A DNA stretch of 64,000 nt. Origin: Dehalococcoidia bacterium. Its GTDB lineage: Bacteria > Chloroflexota > Dehalococcoidia > SM23-28-2 > RBG-16-64-32. The notes under the pieces are model-generated. The model was not told where the DNA came from and made no database searches. It saw nothing but the letters and a program-made list of their open reading frames with translations. Shown here one piece after another: positions 37,816-47,189 of this stretch (the stretch's first letter is position 1; every line of letters starts with the position of its first letter). A program made the translations under genes and the position numbers. The stretch covers positions 26,266-90,265 of the forward strand of contig JAUSFE010000040.1 of NCBI GenBank assembly GCA_030649945.1, in the 5' to 3' direction.

Positions 37816-38021
37816 TTCAACCCCCCAACCCGTACACAGAGAAATCTGCGATCACGGCGTATTAGAAGCATGGCAGCCACAGCAATTGCAGGCCACCTAT
37901 GGGGGTTGACCACGCACCTCAGCCGGCGGGGCCGCCGCCGCCCAGACAGCGAACCCCGCCGACTGCGGAGGAGGGAGATGAACCGTAGTTGTCTTTTGGT
38001 ATCGCCTGCGGGCCGTCGTCA

Positions 38022-38303
38022 TCAGAACGCCTCCGGTCCGGCACAGCGGTCACAATGAACCAGGACAAGCACATCGACGGGTAGGTGCGCCGCGCCGAAG
38101 TAGACATCTTGAGCCCGGCGGCGAGCGTCAGCGGGTTGCAGACTGACTCCGCAGCTATCACACGAGAGCGGCCCCGGCAGTGGACGCCGGAAGGCGCTTG
38201 CCGCGAGCGCGAGGTATTCCCGGTCCCGCCGCTCAAGCTCACGATCTCTATCGGAAGGCGGGCGGTCTTCGTATCCCTCGAATGGGGCGGCCAGCAGGGT
38301 CAC
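38022..38303 (-). CDS. Small Zn-ribbon hypothetical protein
   Basis: GTGA overlap with the primase gene; CDSC...CDRC. Confidence 0.5.
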   Translation of the reverse strand: MTLLAAPFEGYEDRPPSDRDRELERRDREYLALAASAFRRPLPGPLSCDSCGVSLQPADARRRAQDVYFGAAHLPVDVLVLVHCDRCAGPEAF

Positions 38304-40468
38304 GCCCGCAACTCCCAACTCGCGGCGTAGCCCGGCGCCTCGGGGTCCGCGTCGTCACAACAGGGCGCCCACTCCTGGGCAGGCGGCCGCCGGGCGATGA
38401 TGGGCAGGCCGGACCCTTCGACTCCGGCCCGGACCAGCGGCCCGTCCGTCTCCTGCAGGTAGTGCGCGAAGCATCGGGGCGTGCCATCGGGGGCGTAGCC
38501 TTCGATTTCGGGCGAGCCGCAGATGCAGACGGAGGACAGGGGGGGCTGTTGGGCCTTGTCGCCCATCCCTGAAAGAACAGCAACCCCGGTAACAAGAGCA
38601 ACTTCGTTCGTATCTATGGTTGCTCTTTCTTCCTTAGTTGCTCTTGTTTCAAGGTAGCGAGAGAACGCATCCTCGAACTGTTGCGCCTGATACCCCTTCG
38701 GTTTCTTTCCGTCGTAGTCAATCGTCTTGGCTTTGATACCGAACTGCCGCAGACGCCAGCCCAGCCGGCGAGTGTCTAGCGGCTTGCTGTTCAAGTCTCC
38801 CCAGGGCGCATCCTCTATGACAACCAGCTCCGCCACCAGGTTGGCGATGGTGATCTTGTCCCTGCCCGTGATGATGGTCTGTATGTCGCTCAGGAGCCGC
38901 ACACCCAAACTATTGTCCTCGCGGCCATCCCCAACGCTGAGCGCCAGCGCCGCCGCCCTCGCACGTTGCGGCCAGTCCCCGCCTGCCAAGTCCGCGATGG
39001 CGAGTAGTGGTTCCCATCCGTCAGCAGCACGATCGTCTAACTCTAGTAGGTCGGGCTGAGCATCCGTCAGCGCAGGCAGAGCGGATAACGCCCATGCTTG
39101 CAAGAGCTGGCGCAACGGCTCCGCTTCGGTCTGAGCGTGACGCCAACGGAACCGAGCCACGGTTTCCCCAGGAGCGCGACGCTTTAGGATGATGGTGATT
39201 GAGCGGTCGCTGATCGTATCCGGCAGTCGCCCGATGCCAGCAATCGCCTTCGCTCCAAAGACTGGAAAGTCCTTAACCTCCATTGAGGCACCTTGACCAA
39301 CGCAGAGTGTGGCGCAACCGCCTCTGCGATGCCCGTTATTGAGGATGCCCCGGAGCGCTTCGCTGAACTCCGCCGGACCTTTGAACGCCGCGTCTGACTC
39401 GTCTATCAACGCTGTCACTCCGTCGCCCATCTTGCGAACCAGCGCCGCCGCCGTGGTCCTGCCGGTCAACCACGGGTGGGCTACTACGTGAACCAGGGTT
39501 TCTAGCAACCGCGTCTTGCCTGATCTCTTCTCCGCCGACGTTACTTCGAGGTAAGGCGTACTCTCCGCCGCGTCCAGCGCCCACGTATGAGCCGTCCAGA
39601 GTGCGAGCGCGTCCGCCTGAGCGTCCGCCAGGGCCACGTATCGGCGGATGATAACGCGCACGTCGTCCAGCAGCGCGGCCAGGTCCGCTTCCCCCGGCGC
39701 CCAGGGCACCGCCGCATCTAGGAGCTGGCGAAGAGCGTCATCATTCCCCAGGTAGTCGGCAGCATCGCCCTTATCGGGAGCGTCCGGCCAGTCCACGGTC
39801 CGCACGTCCGCGCACCCCAGCCGGGCCAGCGCGTCGGCGATACGCTGCATGTGTAACCGGCCAGGTTCGTCGTTGTCAGGCCACAGGGCGACGGAGAGCC
39901 GCACAAGTGGCCCCAGAGCATTGTGCCCCGGCGTCCCCGCCGCGCCCGTCACCGAACCCACGGCGGGGATACCGCGAGCCGTGAGAGCTTCCGCCGCTTT
40001 CTCGCCTTCCGTCAGGACTACGCGGGCGCCGTCAGGGAGATCGGCCAGCCGCACCGTGAAGTACAGCGGCAGCGCCGATACTGGCAGCCCGCCCAGGCCC
40101 ATTGAGCCGCCGGGCCGCTCCCAGCCGAACTTCTTATCGCCGTGGGGAAGATCACGCCGGATATGGACGGCCACCAGCTCGCCGCCAGTGTCCCGAATCT
40201 CGTAGCGTGTCTCGCGCGGCTTCGGCTTGCGCCCGTTCCTTGACGGCGGCGACGGCCACAAGCCGCGTTCCGTCAAGGCGGCGATCACGGCGTCCTGCGA
40301 GCATCCCGCGAAGTCCTTGACTAGCACCTTGCCGTCCTTGCCGGTGCCCACGGCCAGACTGGGCGTCTCATCGGCGTGGGAAGGGCAGTGAACCTTGCCC
40401 TTCGCCCGCTGGCACTCGCAGCCTGAGCGGCCACAGGCAAGGGCCTGGGCGATCTCGGAGGCAGTCAC
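38300..40468 (-). CDS. Primase-like (Zn finger + TOPRIM) / DUF3631 replication protein
   Basis: CPSHADETPSL; TEGEK, PDND..G, DAAD; KRSGKT; DRAADGWEPLLAIAD; F.DAFSRYL. Confidence 0.85.
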   Translation of the reverse strand: MTASEIAQALACGRSGCECQRAKGKVHCPSHADETPSLAVGTGKDGKVLVKDFAGCSQDAVIAALTERGLWPSPPSRNGRKPKPRETRYEIRDTGGELVAVHIRRDLPHGDKKFGWERPGGSMGLGGLPVSALPLYFTVRLADLPDGARVVLTEGEKAAEALTARGIPAVGSVTGAAGTPGHNALGPLVRLSVALWPDNDEPGRLHMQRIADALARLGCADVRTVDWPDAPDKGDAADYLGNDDALRQLLDAAVPWAPGEADLAALLDDVRVIIRRYVALADAQADALALWTAHTWALDAAESTPYLEVTSAEKRSGKTRLLETLVHVVAHPWLTGRTTAAALVRKMGDGVTALIDESDAAFKGPAEFSEALRGILNNGHRRGGCATLCVGQGASMEVKDFPVFGAKAIAGIGRLPDTISDRSITIILKRRAPGETVARFRWRHAQTEAEPLRQLLQAWALSALPALTDAQPDLLELDDRAADGWEPLLAIADLAGGDWPQRARAAALALSVGDGREDNSLGVRLLSDIQTIITGRDKITIANLVAELVVIEDAPWGDLNSKPLDTRRLGWRLRQFGIKAKTIDYDGKKPKGYQAQQFEDAFSRYLETRATKEERATIDTNEVALVTGVAVLSGMGDKAQQPPLSSVCICGSPEIEGYAPDGTPRCFAHYLQETDGPLVRAGVEGSGLPIIARRPPAQEWAPCCDDADPEAPGYAASWELRA

Positions 40469-40659
40469 CGGACGGCGTCCGCCGTAGCTTCGGCCAGGAG
40501 CCGCGCCGCGTAGGCGTCAACCTCAGCCGTACTCACCCGGACCGCGCGGCCGATCCGGACCGCGTGCAACTCGTTCGCCGTGAGAAGCTCGTACAGCTTC
40601 GAGCGCCCCAGCGACAGCCTGGAAGCCGCAGCCGGGATTGTCAGCAAGATTTGTTCCAT
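40465..40659 (-). CDS. Excisionase-like HTH DNA-binding protein
   Basis: LLTIPAAASRLSLGRSKLYEL....L.AVRIGRAVRV. Confidence 0.88.
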   Translation of the reverse strand: MEQILLTIPAAASRLSLGRSKLYELLTANELHAVRIGRAVRVSTAEVDAYAARLLAEATADAVR

Positions 40660-40746
40660 ATCGTCGCCTCCCTGGGGGTAGTGTTTTTACTCGTTCGCCA
40701 TACTCACGTTGACACAGGGCAAGCGCCGTGGCAATATACAGAGGAT

Positions 40747-41676
40747 ATGCAACCGTCCGAAGAGACGTCCGACTTTCTGGAGATGGACAGCCCGCTCGCG
40801 GGCTACTGGTTCAAGCCGGACGCCGGGTTCGAGTGGGCCAGGCCGGGCGTGCCGGTATACGACGAACGCGGCCAGCCTGTGCCTGACAAGGGGCCGTGGT
40901 TGGTGCCAAGAGGGGATACCGGGACTCGCTATGCCGTGCTGCGCCGGAGCCGTCTCCTGCCCGCGTTCGCCGATCTGGGCCGCAACGCCTCGCCCGAGCG
41001 CGTCCTTACGTTCGCGAACGAATGGGGGCCGCTCGGCCAGGGCGAATGCAATGTTGGGAAGCGGTCAGGCGCGTCGCTCAATACGTGGGGCGCTCACGCC
41101 CGCAAGGTTGCGACCCTCTGTCACCTATGGGAATGGGTCCGGCTGGGAGATACCGAGCGCCTGGAGCCGTACATCCGCTGGCAGTCGCGCCCGGCGATGG
41201 TGAGCATAGCGTTAGTGTCCGTGAACGGTTTGCCCGACGCCGGGCGTTCAGCCCGGATGACTGGTGTCGGGGCGCTTCCGCCCAACTCTTGGGGGCCGGT
41301 CTACACTCTCGCGAGCGCATCCCATGACCCGAACGGCTTTCTGCGCCAGTGGGAGCATGGCGACCCTGTGGAGCCGATGCGCTACTATGTCTGCCAGTCC
41401 GTGAATCAGGCGTTGGAAGGGCACATTAACCGGGCCGTCCTGCCGTACTACGGCTACGCCGTCCGCTACTTCCCGGACTCCCTGCTGAGCGCCGTATACC
41501 TACGCCTCCAGGACCGGATAGCGGGCGCTGTCCGCCAGGAGCGCCAATGCACGGCTCCGGGGTGCCCGCAAGGGCGATTCATACCGGGGCGCAGCGATCA
41601 ACAGTATTGCAGCAACCTCTGCAGGAAGCGGGCGCACTATCACGCCCAGAAGGAAGGTAAGAGTGATGGCAGGTAA
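40747..41676 (+). CDS. Hypothetical protein with C-terminal CGNR-like Zn finger, probable regulator
   Basis: GAGG RBS; CTAPGC..F...RSDQQYCS..CRKRAH; divergent from the excisionase. Confidence 0.7.
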   Translation: MQPSEETSDFLEMDSPLAGYWFKPDAGFEWARPGVPVYDERGQPVPDKGPWLVPRGDTGTRYAVLRRSRLLPAFADLGRNASPERVLTFANEWGPLGQGECNVGKRSGASLNTWGAHARKVATLCHLWEWVRLGDTERLEPYIRWQSRPAMVSIALVSVNGLPDAGRSARMTGVGALPPNSWGPVYTLASASHDPNGFLRQWEHGDPVEPMRYYVCQSVNQALEGHINRAVLPYYGYAVRYFPDSLLSAVYLRLQDRIAGAVRQERQCTAPGCPQGRFIPGRSDQQYCSNLCRKRAHYHAQKEGKSDGR

Positions 41677-42793
41677 GCGCGGGAACGCCGAAGGCACGAT
41701 CTACAAGCGCACAGATGGGCGATGGTGCGCCGCCGTGACGCTGGACGGGGGTAAGCGCCGGGCCTTCTACGGGGCCACCCGTGGGGCCGTCCAGGACAAG
41801 CTCAGGGCCGCGAAGCGGGCGATAGACGACGGCCTGCCCGTTAGCTCCGACCGCCAGAAGGTCGGCCATTTCCTTACCCGATGGCTGGCCGAAGTCGCGC
41901 AGCCGACAGTCCGCCCGAGCACATACACCCGCTATCGCGAGCTGCTCACCGGCCACGTGGTCCCCGCGCTCGGCCATCTGCCGCTCGCGAAGCTCGGCCC
42001 CCAGGACTTGAACGCCCTTTACGGGAAGCTCGCGCAGCGCCTCGCGCCCCGCACAGTCGGCCACGTCCACCGCGTCTTGCACCGGGCTCTCCGCGATGCC
42101 CTCCATTGGGGGCTTGTCGCCCGCAACGTCTGCGACGCCGTGAGTCCGCCGAAGGTCGCACGTGCGGAGATGCAGGTTCTCGGCCCTGAACAGGCCCGCG
42201 CCCTGATCGCCGCCGCTGCTGGCGACCCTCTGGAAGCGGTCTACACGCTGGCGATCTTAACCGGACTCAGGCAAGGCGAATTGCTGGCGCTGAAATGGCG
42301 CGACTTCGACGCTGGCGCTGAACGTCTTACCGTCTGCCGCAGTGTGCGATGGGTGACTGGCCTGGGGTCAGTTGAGGGTGAGCCTAAGACGCGGAGCGGG
42401 CGCCGCAGTGTACTACTCGCGCCCCTAGTCGTCGCCGCTCTCAGACGGCACAGGACGCAGCAAACCGAGCAGCGATTACGGGCCATCGCGTGGGAGGACA
42501 ACGATCTGATTTTCACTAACGAGATAGGCCGCCACATCGAAGCAAGCAACCTGCTCCGCCGGTCATTCCGGCCCCTGCTCGAACGGGCCGATCTGCCGCG
42601 AATCCGGTTCCACGATCTCCGCCATACCGCCGCGACACTCCTACTCGGCCAGGGAGTGCACGCCAAGATCGTCAGCGAGATGCTGGGGCATTCCAACATC
42701 GCCATCACGATGGACCTCTACAGCCACGTCACGCCGACGATGCAGGCCGACGCCGCCGCGAAGATGGAGGCGCTATTCACCGTCGCAGTTTGA
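41666..42793 (+). CDS. int: Tyrosine recombinase / integrase (ICEBs1/Tn916-like)
   Basis: KRGNAEGTIY N-terminus, TGLRQGE, RFHDLRH, LGHS, MDLYSH. Confidence 0.96.
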   Translation: MAGKRGNAEGTIYKRTDGRWCAAVTLDGGKRRAFYGATRGAVQDKLRAAKRAIDDGLPVSSDRQKVGHFLTRWLAEVAQPTVRPSTYTRYRELLTGHVVPALGHLPLAKLGPQDLNALYGKLAQRLAPRTVGHVHRVLHRALRDALHWGLVARNVCDAVSPPKVARAEMQVLGPEQARALIAAAAGDPLEAVYTLAILTGLRQGELLALKWRDFDAGAERLTVCRSVRWVTGLGSVEGEPKTRSGRRSVLLAPLVVAALRRHRTQQTEQRLRAIAWEDNDLIFTNEIGRHIEASNLLRRSFRPLLERADLPRIRFHDLRHTAATLLLGQGVHAKIVSEMLGHSNIAITMDLYSHVTPTMQADAAAKMEALFTVAV

Positions 42794-42812
42794 CAGCAGA
42801 TTTGACAGCAAC
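42788..42812 (+). repeat. Putative integrase arm-type site, right
   Basis: Exact 25-bp copy of 35131-35155. Confidence 0.75.
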
Positions 42813-42906
42813 GCGGGTGAACAACGACGGACGCGGGCGGACAAACGCCCGCGTTTTCGTATCTAAAACGGTTGTCTGTGAACGTCCCCGGACGCTATGG
42901 CGAGGA

Positions 42907-42951
42907 CTCCAAAACCGCAGGTCGGGGGTTCGAGACCCTCCGCCCCTGCCA
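42907..42951 (+). repeat. att site: duplicated 3' part of tRNA-Trp
   Basis: CTCCAAAACCGCAGGTCGGGGGTTCGAGACCCTCCGCCCCTGCCA. Confidence 0.95.
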
Positions 42952-43052
42952 GTTACGAAATCGGCCCTCAGGAGCGCGCAGGATTGACCGAGGGTGTCAA
43001 CTGGCGGGCGCCGTACGGCTGAGGCGGCTCGTATCGCTACCCCTGCCGCGCC

Positions 43053-43859
43053 TTAGAGACTGTCGCCGCCGAGCTTGTGTTCAGGCTGGGGCGTCGTACG
43101 GAAATACGGCTTCAGTTGCTTGTAGCCCTGCGGAAAGAGCTTGTCAGCCTCCTCATTGCGGACGGAGGTCAGAATCACAACGTCATCGCCAAGCTGCCAG
43201 TTCGCGGGTGTCGCGACCTGGTGGTCATCACCAAGCTGCAACGAGTCGATAACTCGCAACACCTCGTCGAAGTTGCGTCCCGTCGAGGCAGGATAAGTGT
43301 GTATTAGACGCACCGACTTCTTCGGATCGATGATGAACACGGATCGCACCGTCTCGGCGGCGTGGGCGTTTGGGTGAATCATGTCATACAACTGTGCGAC
43401 CTTCCGGTCCGCATCAGCAAGCAAGGGAAAGTTGAGCTCCACTCCCTGGGTCTCGGCGATATCGCCCGCCCACATCTCATGGTAGAAAAGAGGATCGACG
43501 CTGAGGCCGATCGCCTTCACGTTGCGTTTGTCGAATTCTGGCTTGAGGCGTGCCACCATTCCCAGTTCGGTCGTGCAAACTGGCGTAAAGTCACCGGGGT
43601 GCGAGAAGAGAACTGCCCAGCTATCACCCATCCACTCGTAGAAATGGATGGCCCCCTGCGTTGAATCCTGTATGAAGTCTGGGGCCTTGTCTCCCAGTCT
43701 CAGAGACGGTGATGGCCGGATGTCTATCTGAGGGCCGGCGCGACGCTCTGCCGCCGCCGTCGCCGCGCGCATGGTCTCGAATTCCCTGGCCTTCTCAGCG
43801 CCGTATTCGTGATGGGATAGCAAAGCTCGCCCCCGGCCTTCTGTGCAGATTCCCTGCAC
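43053..43859 (-). CDS. 1-Cys peroxiredoxin (Prx6); start uncertain
   Basis: FSHPGDFTPVCTTELG, YPASTGRNFDE, ATPANW. Confidence 0.93.
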   Translation of the reverse strand: MQGICTEGRGRALLSHHEYGAEKAREFETMRAATAAAERRAGPQIDIRPSPSLRLGDKAPDFIQDSTQGAIHFYEWMGDSWAVLFSHPGDFTPVCTTELGMVARLKPEFDKRNVKAIGLSVDPLFYHEMWAGDIAETQGVELNFPLLADADRKVAQLYDMIHPNAHAAETVRSVFIIDPKKSVRLIHTYPASTGRNFDEVLRVIDSLQLGDDHQVATPANWQLGDDVVILTSVRNEEADKLFPQGYKQLKPYFRTTPQPEHKLGGDSL

Positions 43860-44088
43860 GGTTTTCTAGGTTGTCTTCCTGGGCACGTTTTTCGTTAAGA
43901 TACTGCACCGAGAACCCCCAGGTCAAGCGAAGTTGTGGGGGAAACCCTTACAGACTAAGCATTCTTGTGGGGTACAGTCTTACAGGCCAACGGCCACTCT
44001 GGGACAGCGATGTCTGCTGCCCGTCATAGCTAGCGAACGCCGTGCCTGACGCCAAGACGACCGCAGGCCTGTCCTGAGCCCGTCGAAG

Positions 44089-44147
44089 GGTCGCGGGTTC
44101 GGGCCAACGCCCGCCCGTCGGGGCGAATCCTGCCGCCCCTGCCAGAC
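44089..44147 (+). repeat. 59-bp repeat A1 containing the tRNA-Trp 3' core CCGCCCCTGCCA
   Basis: 57/59 identical to 45399-45457. Confidence 0.85.
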
Positions 44148-44230
44148 TCCGCTTTCCGGCGCGCTGGTGTCGCCGCCGGCCATAGGCGGGTTCGGCGAAG
44201 AGGAACAGACAAAGCGAATGGCGTCTGAGA

Positions 44231-44548
44231 TCAGCGCAGTTGGTACGCCGACGCGGGCGCGGTCATAGCTGTCTCCGCGGGCGTGACCCTGGGTCCGTGC
44301 GCCGTAGTCAGGATCGGCGTGAATGGTACGACCGATGGGTGGCCAGCCGGAACCGCTTGTATTGCGGCCTCCCGCACAAATTCCGACGTCCTCTTGCCAA
44401 TCCTGGCCGCATACGACGAAACTCGCTGAAACTCGGGACTCTTGAACGCCACCGACAGCACAACGCGGCGGTTTCTGACAGGGGGCCGCGCTTCTGCGCT
44501 ATCCCAATCCCATTCTTTCGAGTCCTGGATTTGTTGGCGTGGGCTCAT
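44231..44548 (-). CDS. Putative CopG/RHH antitoxin
   Basis: ATGA overlap with toxin; VLSVAF...F.RV..YA.RIG...SEFVREAA. Confidence 0.7.
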   Translation of the reverse strand: MSPRQQIQDSKEWDWDSAEARPPVRNRRVVLSVAFKSPEFQRVSSYAARIGKRTSEFVREAAIQAVPAGHPSVVPFTPILTTAHGPRVTPAETAMTAPASAYQLR

Positions 44549-44850
44549 AACTTGCCTCCCTTCTGCTTCAGTTTGGCTTCCTCGTAACCTTTGGATGGCC
44601 ATGCAGTAACTGGTCTCCATATCGTTGGGTCGTTCGTCGCCTCTACCGGTACGCTTATGCACTTGCCGCCGTGATCTAGTCCAATGATGAGGAAGGCTCC
44701 TCTGCGGTTGCGCCGGTTCGGGACAACCAGATGGCGATTCTCGAGGATCTGCTCCACCTGATGTGCATAGACGTGATTCCTATTGAACTTGCGCTCGTTG
44801 GTGTCATCGATCAGGAAGCTCCGGATATCTGGTGTTGACAACGCCGACAT
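44545..44850 (-). CDS. Putative BrnT-like toxin
   Basis: DD.NERKF..NHV...QVEQI, LIIG...GG, WRPVTAW. Confidence 0.7.
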   Translation of the reverse strand: MSALSTPDIRSFLIDDTNERKFNRNHVYAHQVEQILENRHLVVPNRRNRRGAFLIIGLDHGGKCISVPVEATNDPTIWRPVTAWPSKGYEEAKLKQKGGKL

Positions 44851-44903
44851 CCTTCTACTACAGTTTGTAGTGCAATTGTAGTATCACCAGCGAGGGATGT
44901 CAA

Positions 44904-45332
44904 ATGAAGCTTGAATGGCTAATACTTGGGGACTTCGTACAAGTAGTGGGCGGAAAGCTCTACCTTATGGGAGGCGGCTGGGATGTGCTGACCGTCAATC
45001 AGCCTCTTCCGCTGCCGCAACCGATGGGAGTCGCTGCGTCGTTTGTTGTCGGGTGGAATGAGACCAACGAGCAGCACACCGTGGAAATCGAAATCGCCAA
45101 CGAGAGAGGCGAGAGCCTCGCGAAGATTGCCGCGACAATGGAGGTTGGACGGCCGCCGGGCATTGCGCGTGGGCGGGATCAAAGAGCTCAGGTGGCGGGA
45201 AACCTCGTTCTGCAGATCCGGGAGCTAGGAACTTACACGATCACCGCGAGAATCGAGGGGCAAGAGGAGGGGAAAACGACCTTTACGGTCATTTCAGGTC
45301 CGCTGTTCACCAGTAAGCAGGAAAGTTCGTAG
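44904..45332 (+). CDS. DUF6941-like hypothetical protein
   Basis: LILGDF.QVVGGKLYLMGGGW start, GTY strand. Confidence 0.7.
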   Translation: MKLEWLILGDFVQVVGGKLYLMGGGWDVLTVNQPLPLPQPMGVAASFVVGWNETNEQHTVEIEIANERGESLAKIAATMEVGRPPGIARGRDQRAQVAGNLVLQIRELGTYTITARIEGQEEGKTTFTVISGPLFTSKQESS

Positions 45333-45367
45333 CAGTGGCCAACTGCCGTTGAGTCATGCGCTGGCCA

Positions 45368-45457
45368 GGCCACCCGTGATCTTGGCGCACAGCGCCCAGG
45401 TCGCGGGTTCGGGCCGACGCCCGCCCGTCGTGGCGAATCCTGCCGCCCCTGCCAGAC
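45368..45457 (+). repeat. Repeat B1 (26 bp, 45368-45393) plus repeat A2 (45399-45457)
   Basis: B is identical at 47190-47215; A matches 44089-44147. Confidence 0.85.
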
Positions 45458-45577
45458 GCCTTCCCGCGCGCCGGCGTCGCCGCGCCGAACCAACGGCGAT
45501 GGCGGGCGGGCAGCTTGACGGCCGTCGGGCACCGCGGATCATCCGGACCAGAGGAGAACTCCGGAACCTCGCCTGAT

Positions 45578-47173
45578 ATGATTCCGCACATGAGTTTTGC
45601 TCCATATTTCCCGTCGACTTGGGGCAGCTATGGGGAGGCCACGTTCGACGAACTCGCCGAAGCAGTCGGTCGTTACCGCCCGAGTGACATTCTGCTGCAC
45701 GTGGCGCAGTGGACAACAACGCTCGACGACTACCAACACAAGCATGGCAACGTCCCGATGCCCGTGGACTTGCCCCGTAGTGTGTGGAGGAGTGGTAGCT
45801 ACCAGGGGATCAATGTTGCCCATCATTTGCTGGCCCTCGTCGCACGAATGTCCTTGCTTAGAGGGAGCGAGCTAGCACCAGGGTCTACGACGGAAGAATC
45901 GTTTCTAAGGCTCCTACGCTTAGGCTGCGAACTTTTCGATCCAGCGGATAGTGTAGCCAACCCCGAATATGAGCTGCGAGTCGCCTACGAACAGTCGCCA
46001 TACCAAGAGGCATTGTGGCAGCCATTGGCGCGTGCCAAGCTGATGTATCTCGACGCGTGCCGCGCTCTTGATAGTCCTGAAATGGATATCGACGTGGAGT
46101 TCCGGAAGGTCTGTGGCCTCTCGATTGAGAACTTCGTGGCGATCGGATTTTGCCTGTTCGCGCAGCTCTGGTCGGACCCTGTGTTCTATCCTCTCGTGGG
46201 CTGGCATACAAGCGTCCCCGGTTTGCGCGACGTCTTAACGAAAGAGAACGTGACTGCCTTCCTTAGGGCCGTAGCAGCGGATCGACCGCGCTTTCGGAAC
46301 GAGGACGCGGCTCTACGCCCGGCCGGGGCCGCTGAGAGCCGATATGACTTCAACCCACTCGTCAAGTACCCGGTCATCGACCTTGGGAACGGGAAGTGCA
46401 TGGCGCCGATGCGAAACCTCGTTGTTTGGCGACTCTACACGGCCCCATTCTACGAATTGGCTGACGTCTTCATGGAAGAAGGTGCCAAAAACCCCTTCAG
46501 AGCGTTTTTCGGCCACGTGTTCCAGAGTTACGTAGGACTCCTGCTGCGGGACGCGGTGCCTAGTCAGGACATATTCCCGGAGCTGGGAGACAACGCCGCG
46601 GGCCCAGCGGACTGGGTGGTGCGTGTCGGCAGTCACGCGATCGTCATCGAGTGCAGAACCGGAGACTTCTCGTTGTCCGCAAAGTCTACGGGAGGGCTCG
46701 CGCTGATCGACGCCGATCTCCGAAAGATCGCAGTAAATACGATCAAGAAGCTCCCCACCAAGATCGCTGCGCTTCAGCAGAACGCCCAAGCCTATGGGCT
46801 CACCGGTATCGACACATGGCATGCTTTGGTTGTGTTGAAGGAGCCCTTGCTACCAGTCGCGCGCATCAGGGCACTGATCGATGCCGAGCTCAACAGGCCA
46901 GTGGCCTACCACCTCCTCTCAACTGGGGACTTCGAGCAATTGATGGCCCTGCATGATGCCGTCGGAATCCATCAGGTTCTCTCCGACAAAGCAGCCGCTG
47001 GTGAGATGGAAAAAGACTTTCGCACCTTCTTCCACGAGCGCCGCAAGGTCTACGAGTTTCGTCGGAATCCCCTTCTCGAGCGAACGTCCAACGAGTTCTT
47101 TGCGAAGTTTGGTGTGCTGACGGACCGCGCATCCAGCACAACTAGTGGTGCCGGGCGCATGGCTTCCCCATGA
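45578..47173 (+). CDS. Hypothetical protein with C-terminal PD-(D/E)xK-like nuclease motif
   Basis: GHVFQSYV, ADWVV....AIVIECR; more AT-rich than core genes. Confidence 0.65.
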   Translation: MIPHMSFAPYFPSTWGSYGEATFDELAEAVGRYRPSDILLHVAQWTTTLDDYQHKHGNVPMPVDLPRSVWRSGSYQGINVAHHLLALVARMSLLRGSELAPGSTTEESFLRLLRLGCELFDPADSVANPEYELRVAYEQSPYQEALWQPLARAKLMYLDACRALDSPEMDIDVEFRKVCGLSIENFVAIGFCLFAQLWSDPVFYPLVGWHTSVPGLRDVLTKENVTAFLRAVAADRPRFRNEDAALRPAGAAESRYDFNPLVKYPVIDLGNGKCMAPMRNLVVWRLYTAPFYELADVFMEEGAKNPFRAFFGHVFQSYVGLLLRDAVPSQDIFPELGDNAAGPADWVVRVGSHAIVIECRTGDFSLSAKSTGGLALIDADLRKIAVNTIKKLPTKIAALQQNAQAYGLTGIDTWHALVVLKEPLLPVARIRALIDAELNRPVAYHLLSTGDFEQLMALHDAVGIHQVLSDKAAAGEMEKDFRTFFHERRKVYEFRRNPLLERTSNEFFAKFGVLTDRASSTTSGAGRMASP

Positions 47174-47189
47174 GTAAACTGTGCTGCCT

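Larger units (their letters stand above)
35031..42951. mobile_element. ~7.9 kb integrative element (phage-satellite-like) in tRNA-Trp
   Basis: 45-bp exact direct repeat 35031-35075 / 42907-42951; integrase, excisionase, primase-DUF3631, HNH. Confidence 0.92.

Noticed and set aside
42907..42951. Second tRNA-Trp gene
   Set aside because: Only the anticodon loop to CCA is present; no 5' acceptor strand or D arm. It is the att duplication.
35031..42951. Complete prophage or conjugative ICE
   Set aside because: No recognisable capsid, portal, terminase, tail, relaxase or T4SS genes.
44089..44147. tRNA gene within repeat A
   Set aside because: Only the last ~12-20 nt are tRNA-like; no cloverleaf can be built.
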